A DNA stretch of 64,000 nt, from assembly GCA_963753435.1 (NCBI GenBank), contig CAVWCF010000002.1, positions 32,001 to 96,000 on the forward strand. Direction: 5' to 3'. Below the pieces are notes generated by a model, which saw only the letters and a list, made by a program, of their open reading frames with translations, did not search any database and was not told the DNA's origin. The position numbers and the translations under genes are program-made. Source of the DNA: an uncultured Actinomycetota bacterium (lineage in GTDB: Bacteria; Actinomycetota; Actinomycetes; CAVWCF01). Position 1 is the stretch's first letter. Every line of letters begins with the position of its first letter. Of this stretch, positions 43,124-54,280 are shown piece after piece.

Positions 43124-44254
43124 ATCGGGCGCAAGTCGACCCAGGATGCAGGCCACCCGCAAGGTAAGGGCGCCGCGAGCATCCGTCGGTGCGTAGCCCG
43201 TCACGTCGGCGATCCGACGCAGCCGGTAGCGGACCGTATTCGGGTGGACAAAGAGGTCCCGGGCGGCGCCCTCGATCGAACCGGCGCGTTCCAAGTACGC
43301 CTCGACGGTCGCGAGCAGGTCCGCAGAATCCGCCAGCGGCCGGAACACGGCGTCGACAAGGCGGGCCCGCGCGGTGGGGTCGTTGCGCAATGAGCGTTCG
43401 ACCAGCAGGTCGTCGGCGGTCACCAGGCGTGGCGCATCCGGCCAGGCGGTCACTGCCTCCAGGGCCGACACCGCCTCGGCCACAGCCAGGCCGGCGGAGA
43501 ACAGGTCGTCGGCAACCGGGCTGACCGCGACCGGTCCTGGCCCGAAGTGACTTAGCAACTGTGGCACCTGGGCGGACGGATCCACCCCGCCCGTTACTGC
43601 GACCACTAGCCGGTCGCCCTGAACCCCCACGATCGCCTGCAGCCCGCTGTGGGAGGCGGCACGTTGAACTGCGGCAGAAACCTGCTCTGGAGAGCGGTCC
43701 GGAGCCTGTCCGACGAGGACGACCACGTCACCGGTGCCGGTCCAGCCGAGGGCGGCGGCACGCGACCGGATGGACTCATCGACCTCGTTGCGCAGCAGCG
43801 CGTCGATGACCATCGCTTCAATGCGCGCATCCCAAGCACCGCGGCTCTCTGCCGCTGCCGCGTAGACGCGGGCGGCACCGAAGGCGACCTCACGCGAGTA
43901 CCTCAGGACGGCTTCCCGAAGGCGGTCCTCATCGCCAGGCGCGGCCAGGGAGTCGACTCGCTCCTCCACAACCGCCACCGTGGACCGGACCAACTCGACG
44001 GTGTGTTGCAGCGGAATCGACAGGGCCAACTCCGGCGGGGCGGCGCTGAAGACGTCTCCGCCCGGGGATGTGCCGTCAGTCGCCGCGTCGACGAACCCGC
44101 GGATTCCGGCTTCGGCCACGGCTGCGACCCAATCGCGTTGGGCCGGTGTCAACTCGGCAAACCAGGGATGGGTGTTGGCCATGCGCTCCAGTGCCGCCGC
44201 AGTTAGCTCCCCGACCGCCGCGCGTAGGCGCGTGGACGTCTTCCGGCTTGCCAC
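43118..44254 (-). CDS. fasR: PucR/CdaR family regulator of the fab operon (FasR/MabR ortholog)
   Basis: YSREVAF, RGAWDARIEA, LFVHPNTVRYRL; directly upstream of fabD. Confidence 0.9.
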   Translation of the reverse strand: MASRKTSTRLRAAVGELTAAALERMANTHPWFAELTPAQRDWVAAVAEAGIRGFVDAATDGTSPGGDVFSAAPPELALSIPLQHTVELVRSTVAVVEERVDSLAAPGDEDRLREAVLRYSREVAFGAARVYAAAAESRGAWDARIEAMVIDALLRNEVDESIRSRAAALGWTGTGDVVVLVGQAPDRSPEQVSAAVQRAASHSGLQAIVGVQGDRLVVAVTGGVDPSAQVPQLLSHFGPGPVAVSPVADDLFSAGLAVAEAVSALEAVTAWPDAPRLVTADDLLVERSLRNDPTARARLVDAVFRPLADSADLLATVEAYLERAGSIEGAARDLFVHPNTVRYRLRRIADVTGYAPTDARGALTLRVACILGRLAPDL

Positions 44255-44268
44255 GGGCCTCAGGCTAC

Positions 44269-44285
44269 TTGTAGGGCCTCCACAA
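44269..44285. promoter_or_regulatory. Second TTGT-N9-ACAA site, at the fasR promoter
   Basis: TTGTAGGGCCTCCACAA next to a TAGCCT -10 hexamer (44262-44267, - strand). Confidence 0.6.
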
Positions 44286-44315
44286 CTACGTCGGTGAGCC
44301 TGACACGATGAGCTC

Positions 44316-45062
44316 GTGGTCGAGAGCGCGGCCGTATCCGGGGACGGCGCCCAGTTGCTGGTGCACCGCGCCGCCGATCGGTTCGTCACCCGAACATCGG
44401 GGTTGGACAGCCGGCACTGCTTCTCCTTCGGCCAGCACTACGACCCCGTCAACGTTTCCTTCGGGGGACTGCTTGCCCTCAACGACGACTGCGTTGCCCC
44501 CGGCGCGGGATACCCACCGCACCCGCACGCCGGGCTGGACCTGGTCAGTTGGGTGGTTAGTGGTCGGCTGCGCCACGAGCACGGCGGCGTTGTCAGCGTC
44601 GTGCAGGCTGGCGGTGCCCAACTCTTGGCCAGCGGCCCGGGCGTGCGCCACAGCGAGGTCAACGCCGGAACCGAGTGCCTGCGGTTCATTCAGATGTGGC
44701 TTGCCGCCCCGGACCGCGCAACGGCGAGAACTGCCGCCCTTGTCCGCCACGAGTCCACCCGCATTCAGTTCGCCGGATCACCGTGGGTCCAAGTCGCCGG
44801 CGGCTCCGATTCGGGCGCCCCGCTGACCTTGACGAATCCACGCGCGGCCGTCTTCGCCGCCCGATGGGAACCAGGCGACACTGCCGATTGGCCCGCCTCG
44901 GCTTGGGTGCACTTGTTCGTTGTGGCCGGCCAGGTGAGCGTGACCGGCCTGGCGGACCTGGGCGTAGGCGACTCGCTCCGCGCCCGCAGTACTGAAGGAA
45001 TCGCAGTCACGGCCGTCCAGCCGGCTGAGTTGCTGCTCGTGTCGGCACCGCCGGTCGGTTAG
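44316..45062 (+). CDS. Pirin family protein
   Basis: FSFG, HPH, GVRHSE, FIQMW. Confidence 0.88.
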   Translation: MVESAAVSGDGAQLLVHRAADRFVTRTSGLDSRHCFSFGQHYDPVNVSFGGLLALNDDCVAPGAGYPPHPHAGLDLVSWVVSGRLRHEHGGVVSVVQAGGAQLLASGPGVRHSEVNAGTECLRFIQMWLAAPDRATARTAALVRHESTRIQFAGSPWVQVAGGSDSGAPLTLTNPRAAVFAARWEPGDTADWPASAWVHLFVVAGQVSVTGLADLGVGDSLRARSTEGIAVTAVQPAELLLVSAPPVG

Positions 45063-47794
45063 GCGTCGCCCATCCCCAATCCGGGATCGGCTGCGCTGAC
45101 GTCGGTCAGCCGGTAGCGGGCCACGGCGTCGGAAACTTCCGATGCGGCGATCTCCCCGCGGCGGGCCAAGGACTGCAGGGCTCGGACCGTGATGGACTCG
45201 GCATCGACCAGGAAGTGCCGGCGAAGCGCGCCGCGCGTGTCCGACATGCCCCACCCGTCCGTACCGAGGGAGGCATAGTCGGTCGGCACCCATTGCGCGA
45301 TCTGGTCGGGGACCGCGCGCATGTAGTCGCTGACCGCAACCACCGGACCGGACCGTTCGGCGAGCCGCTGGGTCACGTAGGGCTGCCGGGCCGCCGCCAG
45401 CGGGTTCAGGAAGGCATCTTCGTCGCAAGCCAGCGCTTCGCGGCGCAGTTCGTTCCAGGAGGTAACGGACCAGACATCGGCGGCCACGTCGTGGTTGGTG
45501 GCCAGGAGCTCCTGGGCGCGTTCGGCCCACGGCACGGCCACACCGGAAGCCAACAACTGCACGGCCGGTCCGCTGGCGTCCGAAGGTGCCGGGGCCCACA
45601 GGTGCATCCCGCGCAGGATCCCGTCCACGTCGACGGCTTCGGGTTCGGCTGGTTGCGGGAAGGGCTCGTTGTAGATCGTCAGGTAGTAGAAGACGTCCTC
45701 GGCGTCCTCTCCGTACATGCGGCGTAGACCGTCCCGCACGATGTGGCCCAATTCGAAGGCGAATGCCGGGTCATATGTCACCGCGGCGGGGTTGGTGGAC
45801 GCCAGCAGCGGGCTGTGGCCGTCCTCGTGCTGCAGTCCTTCGCCGTTGAGAGTGGTTCGTCCGGCGGTTGCCCCCAGCACGAAACCGCGGGTCATCTGGT
45901 CCATCGCCGCCCAGAAGCCGTCGCCGGTTCGCTGGAACCCGAACATCGAGTAGAAGATGTAGATCGGAATCAGCGGCTCGGCGTGCGTTGCGTAGGACGT
46001 CCCGACCGCGGTGAAGGATGCGACCGAGCCCGCCTCGTTGATTCCCTCGTGGAGGATCTGCCCGGTCACCGACTCCTTGTAGGACAGCATCAGTTCGCGG
46101 TCAACGGCGGTGTATTGCTGCCCATGTGGGCTGTAGATCTGCTGCACCGGGAAGAGCGAGTCCATTCCGAAGGTGCGGGCCTCGTCCGGGATGATCGGAA
46201 CGATCCGGGCGCCGATGCCCTCGTGCTTGATCAGGTCCTTGAGCAGCCGGACGAAGGCCATGGTGGTGGCCACCGGCTGTTTGCCGGAGCCGCGGCGAAC
46301 CACCTCGTAGATGTCGTCCCCGGGCAGGACCAGCGGCTTTGCCGTAACCCGGCGTTCCGGCAGGTAACCGCCGAGGGCGCCGCGGCGCTCATGCAGGTAC
46401 TTGGCCACATCGCTGCCCGCGCCAGGGTGGTAGTAGGGCGGCAGGGTGGCATCCAGGTCGGCGTCCTCGATGGGGATCTGCAGCCGGTCCCGGAACGCGC
46501 GCAGGTCGTCCTTGGTCAGCTTCTTCATCTGGTGAGTGGAGTTGCGCGCCTCAAAGTGGCTGCCCAGGGTCCAGCCCTTGATCGTCTTGGCCAGGATCAC
46601 GGTCGGCTGGCCGGTGTGTGCGGTTGCCGCGTGGTAGGCGGCGTAGAGCTTGCGGTAGTCGTGGCCACCGCGCTTGAGGTTCCAGATCTCCGCGTCGGTG
46701 AGGTGCTCCACCAGTTTGCGGGTTCGCGGGTCGCGGCCGAAGAAGTGCTCCCGGACGAACGCGCCGTCCTCCGCCTTGTAGGTCTGGAAGTCGCCGTCCG
46801 GGGTCGTGTTCATCAGGTGCACCAGGGCGCCGTCGGCGTCCTGGGCGAGCAGGGTGTCCCACTCCCGACCCCAGATCACCTTGATGACGTTCCAGCCGGC
46901 GCCACGGAACAGCGACTCCAACTCCTGGATGATCTTGCCGTTGCCGCGGACCGGACCATCGAGCCGCTGCAGATTGCAGTTGACGACGAAGATGAGGTTG
47001 TCCAGTTCCTCACGAGCGGCCAGGCCGATGGCGCCAACCGATTCCGGTTCGTCCATCTCGCCGTCGCCGAGGAATGCCCACACCCGCTGCTCGGAGGTGT
47101 CCTTGAAGCCGCGGTGGTGCAGGTACCGATTCAGCCGCGCCTGATAGATGGCGTTCAGCGGGCCCAGGCCCATGGAGACGGTCGGGAACTCCCAGAAGTC
47201 CGGCATCAGGCGCGGGTGCGGGTAGCTGGGCAAGGCGCCGCCCGCGTGCGACAACTCCTGCCGGAAACCGTCCAGTTGGTCTTCGCTCAGGCGGCCCTCC
47301 AGGAAGGCGCGCGCGTACATCCCCGGCGAGGCATGACCCTGGTAGAAGATCTGATCTCCGCCGCCGGCGTGGTCCTTGGCGCGGAAGAAGTGGTTGAAGC
47401 CGACTTCGTACAACGAGGCCGACGATGCGTAGGTGGAGATGTGCCCACCGACGCCGATGCCCGGTCGCTGGGCGCGGTGCACCATGATCGCCGCGTTCCA
47501 GCGGATGTAGGCGCGGATGCGTCGCTCGACCCACTCGTCCCCTGGGAACCACGGCTCCTGCTCGGGCGTGATCGTGTTGATGTAGTCGGTGGCCCGCAGG
47601 CTTGGCACCCCGACCTTGCGTTCCCGAGCCCGCTGCAGGAGGGACAGCATGATGTAGCGGGCCCGGTACGAGCCCGCCGTGTCGATCAGTTCGTCCAGGG
47701 AGGCAAGCCATTCGCCGGTCTCTTCGGGGTCCACATCGACCAGCTGGGTGGGCAGCCCCGAGTTGAGCAGCGTCGGACGCCCAATCTCGGCCAC
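45059..47794 (-). CDS. aceE: Pyruvate dehydrogenase E1 component, homodimeric
   Basis: [43 protein letters not shown]. Confidence 0.97.
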   Translation of the reverse strand: MAEIGRPTLLNSGLPTQLVDVDPEETGEWLASLDELIDTAGSYRARYIMLSLLQRARERKVGVPSLRATDYINTITPEQEPWFPGDEWVERRIRAYIRWNAAIMVHRAQRPGIGVGGHISTYASSASLYEVGFNHFFRAKDHAGGGDQIFYQGHASPGMYARAFLEGRLSEDQLDGFRQELSHAGGALPSYPHPRLMPDFWEFPTVSMGLGPLNAIYQARLNRYLHHRGFKDTSEQRVWAFLGDGEMDEPESVGAIGLAAREELDNLIFVVNCNLQRLDGPVRGNGKIIQELESLFRGAGWNVIKVIWGREWDTLLAQDADGALVHLMNTTPDGDFQTYKAEDGAFVREHFFGRDPRTRKLVEHLTDAEIWNLKRGGHDYRKLYAAYHAATAHTGQPTVILAKTIKGWTLGSHFEARNSTHQMKKLTKDDLRAFRDRLQIPIEDADLDATLPPYYHPGAGSDVAKYLHERRGALGGYLPERRVTAKPLVLPGDDIYEVVRRGSGKQPVATTMAFVRLLKDLIKHEGIGARIVPIIPDEARTFGMDSLFPVQQIYSPHGQQYTAVDRELMLSYKESVTGQILHEGINEAGSVASFTAVGTSYATHAEPLIPIYIFYSMFGFQRTGDGFWAAMDQMTRGFVLGATAGRTTLNGEGLQHEDGHSPLLASTNPAAVTYDPAFAFELGHIVRDGLRRMYGEDAEDVFYYLTIYNEPFPQPAEPEAVDVDGILRGMHLWAPAPSDASGPAVQLLASGVAVPWAERAQELLATNHDVAADVWSVTSWNELRREALACDEDAFLNPLAAARQPYVTQRLAERSGPVVAVSDYMRAVPDQIAQWVPTDYASLGTDGWGMSDTRGALRRHFLVDAESITVRALQSLARRGEIAASEVSDAVARYRLTDVSAADPGLGMGDA

Positions 47795-48010
47795 GTTGTC
47801 TCCGTTCGTTGTGCGCTCGACACACACGGCCGGTCTGGCTTGTTCCAACCGGCACCACGCCTGCGGCCCATCCTGTCGTGCGGGACCGGATTCGTCACCT
47901 CATGGCCACGTACGGCGCGGATGCTTGCGCTGATGGGGCGGCTGCTATGGACTACGCCCACAGGCCCAGCAGGTCGCCCGCTGATGCGGGCGAGGATCGA
48001 GAGGTAGGCG

Positions 48011-48442
48011 GTGAGCACGACGGCGGTGCCCGGTGAGGCTGACCGTTCCACTGCGACGAAATTGGGTCTGCAGTCCGGGGACCTGGTCTTGGAGATCGGC
48101 TACGACGACGACTGTGACGAAGCGCTGCGGTCGGCCATAGAGGCGGTTACCGGGTCTGCGTTGCTTGAGGACGACACCGAAGAGGTTGTCGACGCCGTGC
48201 TGCTGTGGTGGCGCGACGACGACGGCGACCTCATCGACGGGCTGGTCGACGCCCTCACGTTCTTGGCCGACGGTGGCACCATCTGGTTGCTGACCCCCAA
48301 GGCGGGGCGCGAAGGCCACGTAGAACCTTCCGACATCGGCGAGGCCGCGCCGACGGCTGGGCTGCAGGCCACCAGCAGCGTTGCGGCCGCAGCTGACTGG
48401 TCGGGCACTCGACTCGTGTCACCGAAGTCCAGTCGCCGCTGA
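48011..48442 (+). CDS. DUF3052 domain protein
   Basis: EIGYDDDCD, LLWWR, IWLLTPKAGR; usual neighbour of aceE. Confidence 0.9.
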   Translation: MSTTAVPGEADRSTATKLGLQSGDLVLEIGYDDDCDEALRSAIEAVTGSALLEDDTEEVVDAVLLWWRDDDGDLIDGLVDALTFLADGGTIWLLTPKAGREGHVEPSDIGEAAPTAGLQATSSVAAAADWSGTRLVSPKSSRR

Positions 48443-48527
48443 CTCATCCGGAGTCCGTGCCGGCATCAGTGCCGAGGCGGTATCTACCTGAGAGTTCTAC
48501 GCCGTGGTTTCGGCCCCGCGGGGCTCC

Positions 48528-49296
48528 TCAGCCGCGGCGGAGCCAACCCGTCAGTCGACTCGCACCCTGCATCATGGCCAAGGCCGGGCGCATCGCCGCG
48601 GTCCCGGGGATGCCCTCCGTGTTCGCCACCACTTGAGCCAAAGGCAGCAGGCCCCGGGCGTCATTGAGGCGCAGGCGCCCAGCGGCGACGAGGGCAACAA
48701 CGTCTTGGCGGCGGCCGCTGGTTATCTGCAGCAGGGCTGCTGCCTCAGCCTGAACCGACGGGCAGACCGTCGCAGTCCTGACCCAGTCGCCATCCGCTGT
48801 CATCCACGTCCAGGGACAGGTCCAGCCGTTCGGTTCGGACGGCTACTCGCATGTTGGCGCCGTTGCGTTTGCAGATAGCGCCTAGGACGTCGACGAACGC
48901 GACAACGCCGGCGTCCAGGGCCGCCTCGTCAGCGGCCTCGGGTTCATCGAGTAGATCAAGGGTGGCAACGGCCGCCCGATAGGCGGATGCGTGCAGGTAG
49001 GTGACCCGGGGGAGCGTCCCCACCGGTGACGGGACGGGGGTCCGCCAGTGCGGCCGAGCGGGGTCAGTGAGCAGTGTGCGCAGTTCCTGGCCTATCGCCT
49101 CTTGGGTACGCGTCAATTCCGCAAGGGGGTCGGCGTCTTGGGGCGGATCTGCGTCGAGCAGGTCCGGCAGAGCGGAACGCAGCGTGGCGTTGCCGGGTTC
49201 AACCTGCTCGGCGACGTCGAGCAGATGCGCCCACGCGCGGGCCGTCCCCTTGACCAATCGGTCGGGGTCAACGGCGGCAAGTCCGAGATCAGCCAT
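48528..49296 (-). CDS. Hypothetical protein (weak MDMPI/SCP2-like architecture), split by a frameshift near 48760
   Basis: N-terminal frame ends GLPVGSG*; removing one C gives GLPSVQAEAAALLQITSGR... Confidence 0.6.
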
Positions 49297-49470
49297 CGGC
49301 ACAACTGTGCCCGTATCTGTTGGCGCGCCGCCAGCGGCAGCCGCGGCTGCGTGCTTCGGGGACGCCGAAGGGCTCCGACCCGAGCGGGCGCTCCAGGTAC
49401 CCCTGTGTAAGGGTTTGTAGCCGCCGGCATCCGAGCGGTATGCCGAAGCAGCGCGATAGAGAGGGCGAGC

Positions 49471-49929
49471 ATGGATCTGGTTGGCAGCGAGGCGCCGGAC
49501 TTCACCTTGACCAGCCAGCACGGCGAGTCCGTGCAGTTGTCCCGGTACCGCGGCGAGAAGAACGTGGTGCTGATCTTCTTCCCGTTCGCATTCAGCGGTA
49601 TCTGCACCGGGGAGTTGTGCGAGGTCCGCGACCGCCTGGGCAGCTTCGTCAACGACGACACCGTGACGATCGCGGTGTCTTGTGACACCAAGTTCACTCA
49701 GCGCATCTTCGCCGAGCGCGACGGCTACACGTTCGACCTCCTGTCCGACCACTGGCCCCACGGTGCGGTCGCCCAGTCGTACGGCGTCTTCAACTCCGAC
49801 GCCGGTGCGGCGCTCCGCGCCACGTTCATCATCGACAAGGCCGGCGTGGTGCGGTGGCAGGTCGAACACGCCATTCCCGACGCCCGGGACACCGCCGAGT
49901 ACGAGAAGGCGCTCAGCTCTCTCGGCTGA
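49471..49929 (+). CDS. AhpE-type peroxiredoxin
   Basis: FFPFAFSGICTGELC, LLSDHWPHG. Confidence 0.9.
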   Translation: MDLVGSEAPDFTLTSQHGESVQLSRYRGEKNVVLIFFPFAFSGICTGELCEVRDRLGSFVNDDTVTIAVSCDTKFTQRIFAERDGYTFDLLSDHWPHGAVAQSYGVFNSDAGAALRATFIIDKAGVVRWQVEHAIPDARDTAEYEKALSSLG

Positions 49930-49960
49930 GCATCTACTCTGTGCGTCCCCGGACACCCCC

Positions 49961-50034
49961 GGGCGCATAGCTCAGTTGGTCAGAGCACCTGCCTTACAAG
50001 CAGGGGGTCACAGGTTCGAGCCCTGTTGCGCCCA
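49961..50034 (+). tRNA. tRNA-Val(TAC)
   Basis: GGGCGCA/TGCGCCC stem, CCTGC-CT-TAC-AA-GCAGG. Confidence 0.97.
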
Positions 50035-50054
50035 CCGTCTCGTACCCTGCGGCC

Positions 50055-51188
50055 ATGCCGACGTTAGGCGAGGTCGTAGCCGCGCTGCACAAGCGTTTCC
50101 CAACGGGCTACGCGGAGGACTGGGACGCGGTCGGTCTTGTCTGCGGCGACCCGGACGCGCAGGTTGGCCGGATTCACTTCGCCGTTGATCCGACCCCGTC
50201 CGTGGTCGATGAGGCGCTGGCCGCCGGGGCGAATCTTCTCGTCGTGCATCACCCGCTGCTGCTGCGTCCGGTCAGCGCTGTTGCAGCCACGGACTGGAAG
50301 GGGCAGGTACTGCACCGGCTCATCCGGTCCGACTGCGCCTTGCTGACGCTGCACACCAACGCCGATTCGGCCCGACCCGGCGTCTCGGATGCCCTTGCCG
50401 AGGCTCTTGGATTGCGGCGGGTCCAGCCGCTGTCGCCAGGTGGACTGCCGTTGGACAAGCTCGTCACTTTCGTACCGCGCGCAGACGCCGATGCCGTCTT
50501 GGACGCTCTGGCTGCAGCCGGCGCAGGCGCTATCGGAGACTACGACCGGTGCGCGTTCCGAGTGGACGGCACGGGGACCTTCCGGCCGCTGTCCGGCGCC
50601 GAACCGGCGATTGGATCGGTTGGGTCCATCAGCGAGGTGGCCGAGACCCGGCTGGAGATGGTGCTGCCCCGGCAGTCGCGCGCCGCAGTCGTGGCCGCCC
50701 TGCGTGCGGCGCACCCGTACGAGGAGGTCGCGTTCGACCTGTACGAGGTGGCGTCGGCGCCGGGGTCGACGGGGTTGGGCCGGGTCGGCGACCTAGCCCA
50801 GCCGGTGACCTTGGCCGAGTTCGTGCAGCGCGTTGCCAGCGCGCTGCCGCCGACGGCCGTCGGTGTCCGAGGCGCTGGCGATCCGCAACGGCTGATCAGC
50901 CGGGTCGCCGTCTGCGGCGGCGCGGGGGACTCCCTCATCGACGCAGCCGCCCGGGCAGGTGCGGACGTCTTCGTAACCGCCGACCTGCGCCACCACCCCA
51001 CGCAGGAGGCATCGCTTCGCGGCCTGGCGCTGGTGGACGCCACGCATTGGGCCACGGAGTGGCTGTGGCTGCAAGGTGCCGCAGATCAACTGGTCGCCGA
51101 CCTGAGCGCCACGGGAAGTACGGTTGAGGTTCACGTCTCCGCCATGTCGACCGACCCGTGGAGCCTGCACGTGGGGAGTTCAACCTGA
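50055..51188 (+). CDS. Nif3-like dinuclear metal centre protein
   Basis: WDAVGL, HHPL, HTNAD, HPYEE, DLRHH, HWATE. Confidence 0.93.
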   Translation: MPTLGEVVAALHKRFPTGYAEDWDAVGLVCGDPDAQVGRIHFAVDPTPSVVDEALAAGANLLVVHHPLLLRPVSAVAATDWKGQVLHRLIRSDCALLTLHTNADSARPGVSDALAEALGLRRVQPLSPGGLPLDKLVTFVPRADADAVLDALAAAGAGAIGDYDRCAFRVDGTGTFRPLSGAEPAIGSVGSISEVAETRLEMVLPRQSRAAVVAALRAAHPYEEVAFDLYEVASAPGSTGLGRVGDLAQPVTLAEFVQRVASALPPTAVGVRGAGDPQRLISRVAVCGGAGDSLIDAAARAGADVFVTADLRHHPTQEASLRGLALVDATHWATEWLWLQGAADQLVADLSATGSTVEVHVSAMSTDPWSLHVGSST

Positions 51189-51910
51189 ACGCCGATCCGG
51201 ACGCCCAGTTGCTCCTGCTGGACCTGCAGGAAGTTGATTCCAGGCTGGACCTGTTGGCGCACCGCCGCGAGACGTTGCCCGAAGTGAAGCGTTTGGCCGA
51301 GTTGGAGGCCGACAACGCCGCGATCGCGGACCGGCTTGTCGCCGCCGAAACCGAGGCCAGTGATGTGCAGCGGCTGGTGAACAAGGCTGATTCGGACGTG
51401 GAGCAGGTTCGTCAGCGTGCCCAGCGCGACCAGCAACGTCTCGATGCCGGCGTCGGGACGGCCAAGGACATGCAGTCCCTCACAGCGGAGATCCAGTCGT
51501 TGGCGCGACGTCAGTCCGAACTCGAGGACGCCGAGTTGGAGGTCATGGAGCGGTTGGAGGAAGTGCAGGCTGCGCTCAACGGCCTGCAGGCGGATCGTCA
51601 GCGGCTGACGGAGGAGATTGCGGCGACGACCCAGGCTCGCGATGTGGCGTTCGGGCAGATCGCTGCTGAGTCTGAGGACCTGGCCCAGGAACGTACGTCG
51701 CTTGTCGCGCGCGTACCGGAGGACCTGCTCGCGTTGTATGACAAGTTGCGTGCGCAGTACGACGGCGTTGGGGCTGCCGCGCTCGAGCACGGTCGGTGCG
51801 GGGGCTGCCGTCTGGAGCTGAACCAGGCGGACCTGAACGAGATCCGCAGCCAGGCACCCGAAGCGGTCGTCCGGTGTGAGGAGTGCCGCCGCATCCTGGT
51901 TCGCCGGTGA
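51185..51910 (+). CDS. Coiled-coil protein with C4 zinc ribbon (DUF164-like); probable CTG start
   Basis: CGGC...CEEC.RIL; GGGGAG 6 nt upstream of a CTGA overlap. Confidence 0.85.
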   Translation: MNADPDAQLLLLDLQEVDSRLDLLAHRRETLPEVKRLAELEADNAAIADRLVAAETEASDVQRLVNKADSDVEQVRQRAQRDQQRLDAGVGTAKDMQSLTAEIQSLARRQSELEDAELEVMERLEEVQAALNGLQADRQRLTEEIAATTQARDVAFGQIAAESEDLAQERTSLVARVPEDLLALYDKLRAQYDGVGAAALEHGRCGGCRLELNQADLNEIRSQAPEAVVRCEECRRILVRR

Positions 51911-53062
51911 CCGATTCCGCGCCGAGGTCGCTGATCGTCGAGGCCGACGGCGGTGCTCGCGGCAACCCCGGTCCCGCCGCCTACGGCGCCCTGGTGCGCG
52001 ACGCGGCAGACGGGGGCGGTCCTGGCCGAGCGCGCTGAAGCGATCGGGGTTGCTTCGAACAACGTCGCCGAGTACCGCGGACTGATCGCCGGGCTGCAAG
52101 CCGCCACCGAGTTGAGCGCTGAGGCCACGATCGAAGTACGCATGGACTCCAAGCTCGTGGTCGAGCAAATGTCGGGGCGCTGGAAGATCAAGCATCCGGA
52201 CATGAAGCAACTCGCGCTGCAGGCCCGGCGCACCGTCGCAGCCGACCGGGTGCGATACACCTGGGTGCCCCGGGCCAACAACGCCGCTGCTGACGCGTTG
52301 GTGAACGAGGCTCTGGACCGCGGCCCCGTGCATCGCGGTGGGTCAGCCGGCGATAGTGGTTCCAGTGTCAGCGACCAGGAGCCGTCCTTAGCGGCAGGCC
52401 CGGAGGTCAGCGCTGCCCGGACTGGCGTGCCGGGATTCAGCGCAATGGGGGACCCAACCGTTGTCTGGTTGCTGCGTCACGGCGAGACCGAACTCACGGC
52501 TCAGCGCCGGTTCTCCGGGCGCGGAGGTGTCGATCCGGAACTGACCGAACTCGGTCGGGCGCAGGCGGCCGCAGCAGCGGCGGCACTCGCCGGTCGGATC
52601 GATGTGATCATCGCCTCCCCGCTGCGGCGTACACAGCAGACGGCAGCTGCGGTGTCGGCCGCCACGGGGATCGACGTGCTCGTGGATGAGGAACTTGCCG
52701 AATGTGCCTTCGGCGAGTGGGACGGCCTGACTTTCGCGGAGGTCCAATCAGGCTGGCCGGAGCACCTGGCCGAGTGGCTTGCCGACGCCACGGCCGCACC
52801 ACCGGGTGGGGAGTCGTTCGTGGCGGTCGCCGAGCGTTCAGCGGCTGTGCTGCAGCGCGCGGTAGCGGCGCATTCGGGCCGGCAGGTTCTGCTCGTCGCG
52901 CACTCCACGATCATCAAGTCGCTGGTGCGGTTGGCGCTGGATGCGCCGGCGGAGGCAGTCCTTCGGATGCAGCTGTTGCCCGGTTCGCTGAGCCGGATCG
53001 ACCACTACGAGGACGGGAACCAGGCGTTGCGCTCGTTCGCCGTTGATAGTCACCTGCCCTGA
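51907..53062 (+). CDS. Bifunctional RNase HI / histidine phosphatase, split by a frameshift near 52005-52016
   Basis: EADGGARGNPGPA in the frame from GTG 51907; NNVAEY, DSKLVV, RHGET in the next frame. Confidence 0.9.
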
Positions 53063-53084
53063 GAGCCCGATACCCTTGAAGCAC

Positions 53085-53500
53085 GGCGGACGAGTCGGCC
53101 GGACGGTCGCGTCGGCGCAACGGCCCGCACACTGCGGGTACGGCGTCGCCGAGGAAAGTCCGGGCTCCATAGGGCGCGGTGGTGGGTAACGCCCACCCGG
53201 GGTGACCCGCGGGACAGTGCCACAGAAAACAGACCGCCGGTCCGCGAGGACCGGTAAGGGTGAAACGGTGGTGTAAGAGACCACCAGCACCGGGGGTGAC
53301 CCCGGTGGCTAGGCAAACCCCACTGGGAGCAAGGCCAAGAGGGAACGGGGCGACCCGATCCTGCGCAGACGTTCGAGGGCGGCCCGCCCGAGTCTGCGGG
53401 TAGGCCGCAGGAGGCTGTCGGCAACGGCAGTCGTAGAGGGATGACCGTCCCCGGACTCCGGTCCGGGACAGAACCCGGCTTACAGGCCGACTCGTCCGCC
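53085..53500 (+). ncRNA. rnpB: RNase P RNA (type A)
   Basis: GAGGAAAGTCC, CAGTGCCACAGAAA, GGGTGAAACGG, ACAGAACCCGGCTTA; terminal GGCGGACGAGTCGGCC/GGCCGACTCGTCCGCC helix. Confidence 0.97.
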
Positions 53501-53519
53501 CCAGGTCTCTGGCATGTTC

Positions 53520-53889
53520 TTTGACAACGAAGAGGGATAGCGGTGGCTTCACATCCACGTGAAGACACACGCCGGAAAGGTCGGTGCGAACGCTGGCGTC
53601 ATTGGCGGAGCGGTTCTCGGTGCGATCTTCCCGCCCGCGGGGGTGGCGTTGGTCGCAGATGGCGCTCTGGGCGCCGCCAGCCTTGGCGCGATCGGCCACT
53701 GCCGGCGGCATCTCCTGAGCCGACCTGAAGGACCTAGGCGCTCTCTAGGAGGACAGCCAAGCGGCAGTCGTTTCCGCCGCGAAGAAGGCCAGCAAGGCGG
53801 TCGACAAAGGCGACGTCAGCGCTGCGCTAGCCGACATCGAGAGCGGGGCCGCGGACGCAGTTGAAGCAGGAGCGGCAGATCTGATCTGA
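53520..53889 (+). pseudogene. Decayed DUF1269-like membrane protein gene
   Basis: GAVLGAIFPP glycine-rich segment, frameshift near 53700, then AGGIS*ADLKDLGAL*EDSQAAVV (stops at 53716 and 53746). Confidence 0.6.
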
Positions 53890-54280
53890 ACTCGGCTGGG
53901 TTGGGGACTACGCATCAAACCGCGTACTCAACCGCCCAGCCAACTTTCTCGGCTTGAACCTGCTCTAGTTGAGCGGCAACTTTCGCGGAATACCCTGCGC
54001 TTAGGGTTCTCGGACGTTCAGGTACTCACGAAGGACGGAGTGGGGCCAAGAAGCCGTACCGCGATCCTTCTTGAGTACGACCTGGCGAGGGTTGCCCACG
54101 GCGGCGTGGAACCCGGCTGTGTGTTTGAACGGATGAAGCAGTCGCCCTGTCGTAGCTAGCTAGCCGCGCCGGAGCCGCCTAACCTGGGTGTTGTCAGTCC
54201 GCCGAGATTTCGTTGCGAGTCCGCTGCTGGTCTTCATTGACCAACGCTAGCCAAGGGTATCTCCACAGGTCAGAGAGCTG

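Noticed and set aside
45743-48007. 754-aa ORF antisense to aceE, and many similar long shadow ORFs
   Set aside because: Expected from high GC3 codon bias; no recognisable motifs; they overlap well-supported genes
30163-50034. tRNA-Lys, -Arg and -Val lack an encoded CCA; tRNAs considered as integration sites
   Set aside because: CCA-less tRNA genes are ordinary in actinobacteria; no duplicated tRNA 3' ends or integrases were noticed
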